Below, one piece after another: positions 1 to 13,300 of a stretch of DNA of 64,000 bases. The position numbers were made by a program, and so were the translations under genes. Below the pieces are notes generated by a model. The model was not told where the DNA came from. It saw only the letters and a list, made by a program, of their open reading frames with translations, and searched no databases. The number at the start of each line of letters is the position of its first letter. Position 1 is the first letter of the stretch. This DNA is from Mobula birostris (Eukaryota): contig NC_092374.1 in the NCBI RefSeq assembly GCF_030028105.1, positions 180,127,487 to 180,191,486 on the forward strand, given 5' to 3'.

Positions 1-804
1 ACTTCCTCTGTAGCTGTTACACTTTATTCTGCATTGTTAATATTTTACCTTGTACTACCTCAATGTAGTGTGTAATGATCTGATCTGTATGAACAGTATG
101 CAAGACAAGCTTTTCACTGTACCACGATACATGTGACAACTCCATTTCCTCTCCAGCATCAGAATTCTGAATGGTCCATGAAACCATGAGCACTATGTGA
201 CTATTGCACCATTTACGTATTTTTCGTAACTTCGAATAATTGTTCTGTCTTGCACTGTGTGGTGCCACGGAACAGCAAATGTTGTGACAGATGCCAATGA
301 TGATCAATCTGATTCTGATCCTGACAATCACAAGCTTCCTGAGCCTTTCCAGAGAGCAGTTAAGAGTTAACCAAGTTGCAATTGGCTTGGGTAAGGAGGG
401 GACAGATCTTCTCCTCTGTACGTCACTAGTTGGCTAGTGATGACCGTCCAGTGGTTTCATGGTCTCTGATGGTGGTGGGTAGAGGAGCTGCTTCACATTC
501 CGGAGAGCTGGTTTCAATCCCATTCTGTCACTCTCTATGTGGAGTCCGCACATTCCCCCTGTGACCGACTGCATGGGTTTCTCCTGAACGCTCCGCTTTC
601 CTCCCATCTTCTGGAAGTTCAGGCGGCTGTAAGTTTCCTTGAGCGCGTGGGTGAAGTGCGGAATCTGGAATTGATGGGGATATGGAGAGAGCAAGTGGGG
701 TTGGTGTAAATGGGTGGCTGGTGGTCGTCATAGACTCAGTGGGCTGAAGGGTTTGTTACCCTGTTGAATGAAATTATTATTCCATTCGGTAACGTACATT
801 ACCA

Positions 805-1035
805 GCAACCCGCGTTCAATTCCCGCCGCTGCCTGTAAGGAGTTTGTACGTTCTCTCTGTGCCTGCGTGGGTTTCCTCTGGGTGCTCCGGTTTCCTGCCA
901 CAGTCCAAAGACGTACCAGTTGGTAGGTTGGTCATTGTAAATTGTCCCATGATTAGGCTGGGATTAAATCGGGGGAATGCTGGGTGGCGCAGTTCAAAGG
1001 GCCAGAAGGGCCTTCTCCGTATGTCAATAAGTAAA
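805..1035 (+). mobile_element. tRNA-derived V-SINE (HE1-like) copy; related copies at about 3880-4040(-), 10060-10320(-), 23520-23790(+) and 31300-31460(-)
   Basis: B-box-like gttcaattccc followed by the V-domain gtttgtacgttctc...tgcgtgggtttcctctgggtgctccggtttcc. Confidence 0.7.
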
Positions 1036-1303
1036 TATTGACAGTTATAATCTTGCGTTCCCTAGTCAGGGTTTGGACTGATATGTGGTCCATGCAAGCT
1101 GATTCTGACAGAAGGCATTCTGCATTCTAGATATCATGTTCTTAAGCCCTTGCCCCTTGTGCACGGTGCATAGGAGGGAAGGGGGAATGGATGTTCGGGA
1201 GAAGATAATATTCAGAATGAGATGGGATGGAAGGACATGGGGGATCATCCTCACAATATTTGAAGTAATTTCCCTGAAGAAAATTCTTTGATTATCTTTT
1301 CAG

Positions 1304-1378
1304 CTGAAAAATGGAGTGGAGCAGTACATTAGCAACTACGAGTACATGAAAGGAAGACTGTTGCTGTATTTGGAATCG
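1304..1378 (+). CDS. C4: C4 exon ([25 protein letters not shown])
   Basis: ttttcag|CTG...TCG|gtattt; 75 nt, phase 0/0; 25 aa like the human C4 segment [25 protein letters not shown]. Confidence 0.88.
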
Positions 1379-4300
1379 GTATTTATTTTAGTTTTATATT
1401 AAATCTATTGGTATTCCTTTTGCAATAAGTAGAAACATGGGCGACAGCAGATGCTGGAATCTGGAGTGAGACACAAAACGTTGGAACTGAGCAGGTCAGG
1501 AGATGCAATGGGACTGACAGAGTAGATGGAGATAAGGTGGTGAGGGGAAGGAGTTGAACATGAGCTGCAGGTGATAGGTGGATCCAGGTGGATGGGGATG
1601 AAAGGCAGGTGGAGGAGAGGAGAGCAGGAATAGTGACAGGGGCTGGGAGGTGAGAGGTGGAGGAGACACAGGGCTGATGAAGATGGGAACCGATAGGGAA
1701 GAACGTGCAGAATGGAATCACGGGAGGAGCGCAGGAGGCTGAGGCAGATGTATTGACAGGGAGTATAAGGACTGACTTTGGAATCATCGTATTATGTTCC
1801 AGTAATTCAGAAGAGGACAATATTTCCTGCAATCAGATATGTGAATCCAAATTTTTTCCTTCTGGTAATTCATTGCGCACAACTCCCCTGCTGGAACTGC
1901 TAACTTTTCTAGTGTTTCCCTAAATTGCTCTGATTCGTTCATATTATTTTGGTCTTGTTATCCTGATTCCCCCACCCAACCAGTTCATAGAATGGTTAGT
2001 AGAATTGTTACATGATTGGAGGTTCGGCCCATCCAGTCTCTACTAGTAAACCTGACAACCCAGCTACTTATCCTTCCTCTGTTGCTCTGCAGTCTCCTCC
2101 TAGTTGCCACTGTCTCCAGGTCATGATGTGTTCTGTCTAATGCTTTCTTCTGTAAACCTTACTCAAGCTCTCATGAACCTTGAACCACCTATGTACAGGG
2201 CCAATATTGCTGTACATACAATTCCAAAACTTAGTCACAGTTAACAGATTCAAATTCATTTACAGTTTTTATTTAACACAAGTACATCAAAACTCTCTGT
2301 GAAATGGCGTTGTTTGAGCTCACAACCAACACTACCTCAGGATGTGCTGGGGGCAGCCCGCAGGCGTCACTGCACACTCTGACACCAGCATAGCATGTTC
2401 ACGATGCCCAGCAGAAACACAGCAACGAAACAACGACAGCAGAACAAGCTGATTTTCTTCTTCCCATCCACCCGCTCACACAGTCCTCTATCCCCAGGAC
2501 AGGCATCCAGCCTGTATTGGACTCACAGATTCACAGCCCTCTGGTCTCTGACTTCCCCAGTCGATGCAAACCCAGGGCTTTAGGCATTGGGCCTCAACGT
2601 CAGCCTTCCAATTCACCTTCGAGCTTTGACCTTTGGTATTGCCCCAGGCCTTGAACTCTGAACTCACTTGCTGCAATAAAACTGCTCTCATCTCTTCCCC
2701 CATCTAGAGCGTTTATCAATTGCTTCCAATCTGTGTCTCCACCTACCAACAGAAACTGGTTCTCTTTATTCAGTACCAAGACTCCGCTTATGTTTTTGTG
2801 CAGAGCTGATGGAGTCCACCTCTCCACCCCCTACCGTCCCTCTACATAGCCTGTCCACTAAGGAATTCTCTCCACTTGTCCACTGTCTCATGCCAGTGAT
2901 CACAAACCAACTGCAGTCCAGTTGCCTCTCACTTCCCATTGCCTCGGTAAAACTGCCAGCTTATGCCATCAGAGACCCCACCCAGTGTGGAAGTTCTCAT
3001 TTCTCCCCACTCCCATCAGGTAGAAGCTGCAAAAGTCTAAAAGCATGTCCCACCAGGCTCAAGGACAGCTTCGACTCTGCTGTTAATAGACTATTGAACC
3101 GTTCCCTAGTACAATAAGATGGACCCTTCACCTCGCAACCAACCCCTCTATGGCTCTTGCAACATATTGTCTGCCTGCACAGCACTTTCTGTGTAACTGT
3201 AGTATTTTACTCTATATTCTGTTACTGATTTCCCTTGTGCTTCCTCAATGTGGATGTAATGGTCTGTATATCAGTACATGTGACAATAATAAACCGACCT
3301 TCCACCTTCCTCACTGAGCGAATCTTCGCTATGTCGCAGTGTACAAGTCAGGTTTGCAATGTACCTCGCTACGTGACCATGACAAACTAACTGCTGACCT
3401 GCCCCGCTGACAGTATTCCCTACCTTTGTACTCTATGCCGCAGTATGCCAGACAAATGTTTCACTGTACATGACAGTAATAGACCGATGCGGGAGTCTGG
3501 GATTGAATTTACAGGTGCACTCTCTCCATGGGAAATCCAACTGTGATTGGCTGAGTCGTGCTTTCGCCTGTCTCGTTGCCACACTTTTGTTGCTGTGAAT
3601 CTGCTTCTGTTCCCCAGATCCAAGAACGCAAAACGTGTATCATCTTTCCAGCCAAGCAGATCGTACCTCTGGGCTTGATGCAGCCTGCGCACGCTACGCT
3701 ATACGACTTTTACGACCCAAGTAAGTTGGAGCTCTTTTAAGAAGTCTGGTCAGTGCACTTTGTAGGGATTTACTTCCTGCAACACAGTTCAGTGCATACT
3801 GGATCTGAGCAGAGGAACCCCCCTGCCCCCATACCTTATCTCCCTGTGTCCCTGCAACTTATCTAACATGCCCATCAACTGAATTATTTTGCCCCTTACT
3901 CATACACAAGGGGCAATTAACCCACCAACCCATACATTGTTGATATGCAGGAGGACACCAGAACTCCTAAAGGAAACCCATGTGGTCACAAAGAGAACGT
4001 GTAAACTCCACACAGACAGTGCTGAGGACAAGATTGAACCCAGGTCCCTGGGCCTGTGACATAGCGACTCTAAGGACACTGGGCCACAGATGATGTGTAG
4101 CCTTTGATTCAGGAAGGCCCACCTCTGTGTCATCAGCTGCCACAGTATAAGAGTCAGGTTTCCAATGGTACCGATGGCCAGGCCTGCCTTGGGGGAAGGG
4201 GGATAGTTGGGCAACACTGAGTCATGGGTTTGGTGGCGGGGAGGTGCTCTGTTTGAGTTGTGCAGCTTCAACAGACTGAGATATATTGTCTTGAGATATA

Positions 4301-7300
4301 TTGTCTTGCAGCTGAACTTTTAAGGAGAGGCTCTGGTCTGACAAGCAAGCACAAACCAAAGTTCCCCTGTCATCACCCCCTTAAACATGTCACCATCAAG
4401 CCCTGTTTGTGGTATCTTTCTTTCTGTGCATAAGTTGACTTTCTTGCTTTTACACCAGTCATCACAAAGTACAATGAGCTAAGGTGTGGGTGTGTGAAAG
4501 AGGGATCTCCTTCTGATTGATATGCTGTCACAGAGTCACACAGCATGGAAATGGGTTCTTCAGTCTTTCTGTTTATTTTCTGATGCTTAGGGTTCCTCTG
4601 GGAGTCAGGAATGACGAGCAGACCTAGGCTATGTCCGCACTACGCCGGATAATTTTGAAAACGAAGCTTTTTCTCTTTGTTTTGACCCTCTGTCCACACT
4701 AAAACTGCGTTTTCATCCCCCGAAAACGGAGATTTTCAGAAACAGTCTCCAGGGTGAATAAATCTGAAAACGCCTAATATCCGTTGCAGTGTGTACGGGG
4801 CAACCGGAGCTTTTTAAAACCGCTGTCATGATGTGCCGCAACAGATGGCGGCAGCACAGCATTTCATAGTTTCCTTCTTCTTATTATTATTATTACTTTA
4901 TTGTCGCCAAGCAATTGATACTAGAGCGTACAATCATCACAGCGATATTTGATTCTGTGCTTCACAGAACCTAACAATTTCAGAACAGACGACAACGAGA
5001 CTGAAGCCAGAAGAGTTAGAAATGTACTCACCAAATGCTTTGACCCATAGCTTACTGAATAAATAAGTGTACTCACTTTGCCCTGTTTTCTGTACTTGCT
5101 TGTATGAAGGTAAGGACAGAAAACACCCTCTGCCACCTCCAGTTTAAATTCCATGCGGAATATTTTGGAGGATCAAGAACCAAGAACCAAGGTGGTTTAC
5201 CTATTTATGCAAGTATTTCTCTGCCAATAGATGTGTCACAGCCTAATGTAACATTGTATGGAAATACAAGATAACAGTCATGCAGACATGATTTATACAT
5301 TTAACAAGGTGCTTTATTAATGCAACAGAGTTAGTCAGTTTTACAATGTTTGTCGTCAGCCGGGTCATACTGTCCGTGAACTCCCTGTCGGTTGCCTCCA
5401 TATGCTCCAGTATTTGTTTTTTTCAGTTTTAAGTCCTCCTGTGTGAGAGCCAAGAGCAATTCCTTTTAAGTTTTTCTACTCTGTAACTGGACAAATGCAC
5501 ACCAAGTATACCGTTTCCTGTTCGCTTATTTTCTGTGTGTCCTGTGCATGCCCAGTAGGAGGAGATTTGCCCAAATATCCATGTTAATGTGGACAGAGAG
5601 ATTTTGAAAAACACTTACTGTGGACACCTATCGTTTTTACTCGAAACTGGTGTTTTCAAAATTATCTGGCGTAGTGTAGACGTAGCTTTAGTTTATCTTA
5701 GAGTTCAAACAAACATGCAAATAGTAAGCAAACTAAATAAAGAGCTGAGAAACTATGCTAAGGAGTGAATGAATGACAAAGAATGTGAAGGCAAAAGAAT
5801 GAAGAAGCAGAGATGGCACCTCTGAAAAAGCCATCACATTTATAGATATGAATAAATCAGTTAATAGGCTACATCATTAAAACAATTATATCATGTGGGT
5901 AATGTGCAAATACTTAGCCAATGAAAAATGAGGAAGGTGATAAACTGTCAGTTTAACTGCTATATTGCAATCTGCCAGTGAATGGGGATGAACCACCATA
6001 CACTGTTTCCAACTGATCCATACCAACCAAAGTTCCCATTTACCTGTATTTGGTCCATGTCTCTAACCTTTCCTATTCATGAAAGGGAGGAGATGCAGCA
6101 GCCCTCTCGCACACCTCCATTCTTAAAGATCCACCCTTACCCCATTCTCATGCTGCCTTAGCAGAGTTATAATTCATCTTGTCCTTTACTTATCACCCCG
6201 AGCCTCCACATCCAGAACATCATTACCACAACTTCTGCTACTTTTAATGGATCCTACCATCAAACACACCTTTACCTTGCCCCCGCTCTCTGCTTTCTGC
6301 AGGGATCAGTCTCTCTATGATTCTCTTGACCATTCGTCCCTCCTCACTGATTTCCCTCCTGGCAGTTACCTCTGCAAGCAGAACAAGTGCAGCACCTGCC
6401 CATTCACCTCGTCCATCACCTCCATTCAGGGCCCCAAACAGTCCTTCCAGGTAAGTCAACACTTCACCTGAGAGTCTATAGGGGCACCTACTGTATCTAG
6501 TTCTCTGAGTGCAGGCTCCTCTACATTAGTAAGATCGACATAGGTTGGGAGACTGCTCTGTCAAGGACCTTTGCTCCATCTGCAACAAGCAGAATCTCCT
6601 AATGGCAAACCATTTTAATTCCGATTCCCATTCCCATTCTGACATGTTGGTCCATGGCTGCCTGTACTGCCAAGATGAGGCCACTCCCAGGCTGGAAGAG
6701 CAATGCTTCCAAACTGAATGCATGAACGTTAATTTCATTAACTTCCGGTAATTCCTCCCCCTTCCCCCTTCTCTCTTTTCCATTTCATATTCTGACTCCC
6801 CTCTTACCCCCTAGAGGTTACCTGCCTATCACCTTCCTCTGGTGCCACTCCTCCTTCCCTTTCTCCCATGGTCCATTCTCCTCTCATATCTGATTCCTTC
6901 TTCTTCAGCCTTTTACCTCTTCCACCTATCACCTCCCAGCTTCTCACTTCAACTCTCTCCCCACCCACCTACCTTCCCCCTGCTTACCTGGCCTCACCTA
7001 TCACCTCCCAGCTTCTCACTTCAACTCTCTCCCCACCCACCTACCTTCCCCCTGCTCACCTGGCCTGACCTATCACCTCCTAGCTTGTGCTATGCTGTTA
7101 AACGGACCAGTGTAGGATTAGGAACTAGTAGGGTAGGACATATACACTAAATGGTAGTGCAATAAGAACATCCAAACCAAGGAATCTAAGGCTATTGTTC
7201 TCTGAAAGAGTCAACGTATATAGAAACATAGAAAACCTACAGCGCGATACAGGCCCTTCGGCCCACAAAGCTGTGCCGAACACGTCCTAGAACTACCTAG

Positions 7301-10300
7301 GCTTACCCATAGCCTTCTAATTTTCTAATCTCTATGTACCCATTCAGGAGTCTCTTAAATGACCCTATCTTTTCTGCCTCCACCACCGTCACTGGCAGCA
7401 CTTTCCATGCACTCTCTGCATAAAAAACTTACCCCTGACATCTCCTCTATACCTACTTCCAACCACCTTAAAACTATGCGCTCTCATTCTAGCCATTTCA
7501 GCCCTAGGAAAAAGCCTCTGACTATCCACATGATCAATGCCTCTCATTATCCTGAACACCTCTATCAGGTCACCTCTCATCCTCCGTCACTCCAAGGAGA
7601 AAAGGCCGAGTTCACTCAACCTGTTCTCATAAGGCATGCTCCCCAATCCAGGCAACATCCTTGTAAATCTCCTCTGCACCCTTTCTATGGCTTCCACATC
7701 CTTCCTGTAGTGAGGCGACCAGAACTGAGCACAGTACTCCAAGTGGGGTCTGATCTATATAGGGACATATATAGCTGCAACATTACCTCTCGGCTGTTAA
7801 ACTCAATCCCACGATTGATGAAGGCCAATCCTTCTTAACCGCAGACTCAACCTGCGTAGCAGCTTTGAGTGTCCTGTGGACTTGGACCCCAAGATCCCTC
7901 TGATCCTGCACTCTGCCAAGAGTCTTGACAAGCTTGCCTTCATAAGTCTTTTACACAGAATGTGGTTGATATCTGGAACGTGATACCAGAGGAGCTGGGG
8001 AAAATAGATACAGTTGCTGTACTGCAGAGTTATTTCAAAAAGTGCTAAAATAGATGAGGCATAGAAGGATAATGGGGGCATCAGTGTAGATGGACGTAGT
8101 AGGCTAAAGGGCCTGTTTGTGTGCTGTACTACTCTGACTCCTTTACTCATTCAGTCTATTTCCATGGTGCGTTGCCTCGGGGAGGCTAACGTTGTCGTCA
8201 AGTATGACTGCATGCCGGCCTTTCCCTTCTCTGGGAAAAGATACAGGAGTCTGAAAGCCTAGAAATCCAGGCTCAAGAACAGCTCTTACCCTCTCCTGAG
8301 CCCAGCCGCATCTTTCACATCCCCTCCTGGTGGGGCTGCCACATTCTCCAGCTCCTAGCTCTAGCTCTCTCTGCCACTCTTCCATTGTCACATCAGCATT
8401 TCTTTTTGTACTACTTCAGATTTGCGGTAAAATCACCATCAGCATTAACAGTACACCAATCTACAATGTTGATCCTGTCGCTACACTATTGTGTTTCCTA
8501 TTACCATGTACACTGTATGTGACAAGAACAGAAAAGCCTACAGAAATTGGTAGATACATCACAGGAAGAGCCCTCCCCAGCGTTGAGCACATCTACAAGC
8601 AGTGTCCATTGTTAAGGACCCCGTGCACTCTTCTTGCTGCTGCCATCAGGAAGGACGTATGGGAGCCTTAGGTCACACATCACCAGGTCCTGGGACAGTT
8701 ACAGGCTCCGGAACCAGAGTGGATAACTTCACTCACTAGCGAACTCTTGAAAGTAAGATAGAATCCCTTAAACTGAGATCCACGTCAGCTACGATGTGCT
8801 AGCGTATATGCTGTTGCATATTAGTATTTCATTTCTTTTGGCAAAATGTTGTACTGATAATACAGATATTCCTTATCATTATTGATTCCCCAGTCGATGG
8901 ACTCACTCCAAGGACTCTGCAACCCATCTTCTCAGTATTATTTGTTTATTATTTGTTTTTTTTTTGTATTTGCACAGTTTGTCTTCTTATGGACATTGGA
9001 TGTTCGTCACTCTCTGATTGTGCATAGTTTTTCATTGGTTCTCTTGTATTTCTTTGTACTACTATGAATGCCTGCAAGAAAATGAATCTCAGGGTTGTAC
9101 ATGGTGACATGTATGTACTTTGATAATAAATTTACTTTGAACTTTGAAGCCTAAAGTACGCTAATCTGACTGTTAATGGTCGATGCAGACTTAATGATTC
9201 TGTTTTTGTGCTTTGTGATATGCTGGGTAAGTGACAATGATCTGATTGTGCTTTTGTTTGCTTTCAGGTACGAAATGCACGATAACGTACAATGCTCCAA
9301 AAGAAAACCCCCTGGTCTCGAAGCTCTGTGATGGCCAGATTTGCACCTGTGCTGAAGGTAAGTTCCCTTCTCCCCTCTCTCTCAGTTTTGTACTTGTCAC
9401 TGAATTTATTGTTATATTTCTTATTGTCTCTGATCAGTCCCATTGAGGCAGAATACAGTCCATATCGGAACTGGGTTAATAGTGTTACAAACTACCTACC
9501 CACTACTGTACTTCAACCTACCCTACCTGCCCATGATGCCTACCGAACCTACCTACGCACCTACTCAATGCACCCACCTGTCCGCCCAACTTATCCACCT
9601 ACCCTACTTAGGCACCCTACCCAACCTCCCTAACCTCCTACCCAATCCACCCACCTACCCAACCTACCTACCCACCTACCCTACCCACCTACACAACCTA
9701 CCTACCTACGCAAACTCCCTAACCCACCACCCACCTATCCAACCTTACCTATCCACCCTACCCACCCCAACCTACCCACCCAACCTACCTACCCACCCAA
9801 CCTACCTACCTACCCAACCTCTCTAACCCACTATCCACCTATCTACCCAACCCACTCAACTTACCCACCTATTCAACCTTTCTAACCTTCTACCCAATCC
9901 ACCCACCTACCCACCTACTCAACCTACCTACCTACCCAACCTCCATAACCCACTACCAACCTATCCAACCTACCTATCCACACAATCTACCCCAATCTAC
10001 CTACCTATGCACCTGCCCAACCTACCTACCTACCTACTCCCCCCACCCAGCCTACCTACCTAACATGCAGAATGGGCCCCTCCAGCCCTTCAAGCCAGGT
10101 GGCCCAGCAACCCCCGATTCAACTCTAGCCTAATCAAGGGACAACTTACAATGACCAATTAACCTACCAACTGGAGCGTCTTTGAACTGCAGGAGGAAAC
10201 CTGAGCACCCAGAGGAAACCCACGCTGTCATGGGGAGAACGTAACTCCTCACGGAGGCAGTGGTGGGTTGCTGGTACTGTAAAGTGCTGTGATAACAACT

Positions 10301-13300
10301 ACACTATTGTGCTGCCCTTATTGAACTCTTGAACAAACGTCTCATATCTTAAAAGATGAGCTCTTCATCTCCCAGTCTACCCTGTCGTGGCCCTTGAACT
10401 TTGTCTACATGCATTTCACCTTCTGTAACGGTAACAGCATATTCTGTATTGTGTTGTCCTTTTGCATCACATTGATGCACTCATGTATGGAATGATATGA
10501 CCAGATAGCATGCAGACAAAAACTTTTCAAAGTATCTTGGTAGTTGACAATAATAAACCAACACCAATTCCAATTCTGATATCCATGCCATTACAAATTC
10601 CTTTTCCAGCATCAGTACCTTTTCCTGTTTGTCTTTCTGTTTGTGCATCTCACTGTCTATCTTGTTCTATTTCTCTGTGTTAACAATTATTGGTTTATCA
10701 TGGACTTTCCAAGTTTACTACAAATTTTGACATTCATTGAAAACTTTCTAGAATTAATTAATATTTTGTGTAAAGATTTTAATAAGAGAGTGCTTAAGCT
10801 GTTTCTTATACACTTCCACCAGGTCCCTGTCCTAAGATCACACAGATTTTAGAAGTAGACTTGGAGGATAGTCCTCGGACTACCTTTGCCTGCTACACTC
10901 CGATTGTGGATTATGGTATGTGCAAAGATCTTTCCTGTCCTTCTCTGCTTCCGTTCAAAGGGTTTCAGGAAAAGAGAAAATGCTGGGAACACCTGCCAAG
11001 TCAGTCAGCGTCAATGGTATGAAATGGGTGTGGGTGGTGGGGCAGAGAACACAGCACTACCACTTCCTCTGGCAGCTCCTTCCACATATCCACACCCTCT
11101 GTGTGAAAACATTTGATGCTGGAAATCTGAAATAAAGCCAGAAAATGCTGGCAACACTCAGCAGGTCAGGCAGTAGCTGTGGAGGGAGAAGGTCATCAAC
11201 CTGAAACGTTAAGCCTCTCTCATTCTCTCCACAGATGCTGCCTGACCTGTTGTGTGTTTCCAGTATTTTTCTCCTTTTATCAGCCTTTCAGACAGTTAAA
11301 TCAGACAATGAATCCTGCTGCACGTGGCGTTTTCTAGGGATCAAATAGCTAGATACAAACACAATATAATCAGACTGTCAAGTTAGAAACTGAATCTTTC
11401 CCCCTGAACACCCAATTCTCCAAGTTAAAATTTAAAGGCATCCGTTAGTCTTTCGAGACCATGGATCTGCGCCTGGAAAGTCTTCACTCTCCAGGGCGCA
11501 GGCCTGGGCAAGGTTGTATGGAAGACGAGCAGTTGCCCATGCTGCAAGTCTCCCCTCTCCACGACACCAATGTTGTCCAAGGGAAGGGCATTAGGACACA
11601 TACAGCTTGGCACCAGTGTCATCGCAGAGCAATGTGTGATTAAGGACACAACACGTTTCCTCAGCTGGGGCTCGAACTCACGACCTTCAGGTCGTTAGTG
11701 CAATGCCTTAACCACTTGGCCATGTGCCCACTCTGAGTTACACATACAATAATGTTACCATCCTATCAGATACTGAATAGAACATAGAAAATCAAACATG
11801 GATCAGTACAACACATAAACAGGCCCTTTGGCCCCGGAAGTTGTGCCGAAACTAATTAAACTAATCCCTTCTGCCTGCCCGTGGTCCATGTCCCTCCATT
11901 CTCTGCACACGCACGTAGCTGCCTTAAGAGCCTGGTAACACCTCTATCATGTCTGCTTCCACCACCATTCCAGGCACCTACCCCACTCTGCCCCGCACCT
12001 CTCCTTTGAACTGTCCTTTCTCACCTTAAATGCGTTTCCTCTAATATTAGACATTTGACCCAGGGAGGAAAGAAAAGATACTGACTGTCTATTCTGTCTA
12101 CGCCTCCCACAGTTTTAAGTGCTTCCATTAGATCACCCCCCACCCCCAGCCTCTGCCACTCCAGAAAAAATCAACCTTGTCGAACTTGAGCAAGTTTGTC
12201 AAACTACTCCTTATAGCTCATGCCAGGTAATCCAGCCTTCGGCCGGTTAACCACTTCTGCACCAAAGCCTCCACATCCTTCCTATAACGGACACAGAAGA
12301 ATTGAATCCTCCCACTACGCAGGCAGTTCTTCAGCAGGAAAAGAAAAATTAAAGATCTAAAAAACAGTCGTACCAAGATGCTCTCAGATATCATGTTAGA
12401 AACTGAATATGAAGTAATATGAAGGTTCATAACAATAGCATTTCCACCTTCCCATCAGACTGTCAATCTGTCCCATGCTAGATCATACAGTTTCCTCACA
12501 GGAAGAGGATGCAAGTCCAAACGTGTCACATGATTGAGAGTGATGGGTGGAATGCCACCACCTTCCTGCAATTCTGACGCACTTTCTTTCCAATTGATGT
12601 TCAGTCTACAGGGTGCAGCTTGTGAATCAGACCTCGCTGGGGTACTTTGACAGTTACATCATGTCCATCAATGATGTTTTCAAGATTCACGGTGAGTATT
12701 ATTCGCAGAAGTGAATGCAGGCTAGATCTGGGGGATCTGAGTGAAACCAGTGTTAAGTCCAGAACTTGTTTTAGGAAGAGCTTCCTCCCCTCTGCCGTCA
12801 TATTTCTGAACAGTCCGGGAACACGACTTCACTATTCGCCTTTTGCACTGGTATTTATCTGATGTAGGAGAATCTGCCACATGGTCCATATCCCTCCATT
12901 TATGTGCCAATGTCTATTGTATCTGCTTCCGCCACCAACCCTGGCAGCGCCTTCAATTCTCCATGTAAAAAATAACTTGCCTCACAATACTCCAGACCAG
13001 ACACAGCCAGAATCTTATAAAGCTGCAGCGTAACTTCCTGACTCTTGAATTGACTGCCTTGTCCAATAAAGGCAAGGATGCTATCTGACTTCTTCACCAC
13101 AATATCTACTTGTGTGGCCATTTTCATGGAGCAATGGACTTGTACCCCAAGACCTCTCTGTACATCAAAACTGTTAAGGGTCCTGCCACCATCTGTGTAC
13201 TTTTCCCTCGCCTTTTGTCCTTTGCATTTAAGCCCTTTGAACTTACCCCCTCTCACCTTAAATACACACCCTCCAGTATTGACATTTCGACCCTAGGAGA

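Noticed and set aside
1-1303. Further upstream C4 exon (expected GMAI.D..LLSGF motif)
   Set aside because: No matching frame with splice sites found by eye; presumed to be upstream of the window.
9443-9826. Pro/Thr/Tyr-rich ORF
   Set aside because: Translation of the low-complexity CCTA tract inside a C4 intron.
11655-11729. tRNA gene (also about 30680-30749)
   Set aside because: A and B boxes are present but fused to a repeated SINE body, with no complete cloverleaf or acceptor stem.
12300-12425. Possible C4 exon ([14 protein letters not shown]...)
   Set aside because: No C4 similarity, stops in the required phase, and the C4 exon chain is complete without it.
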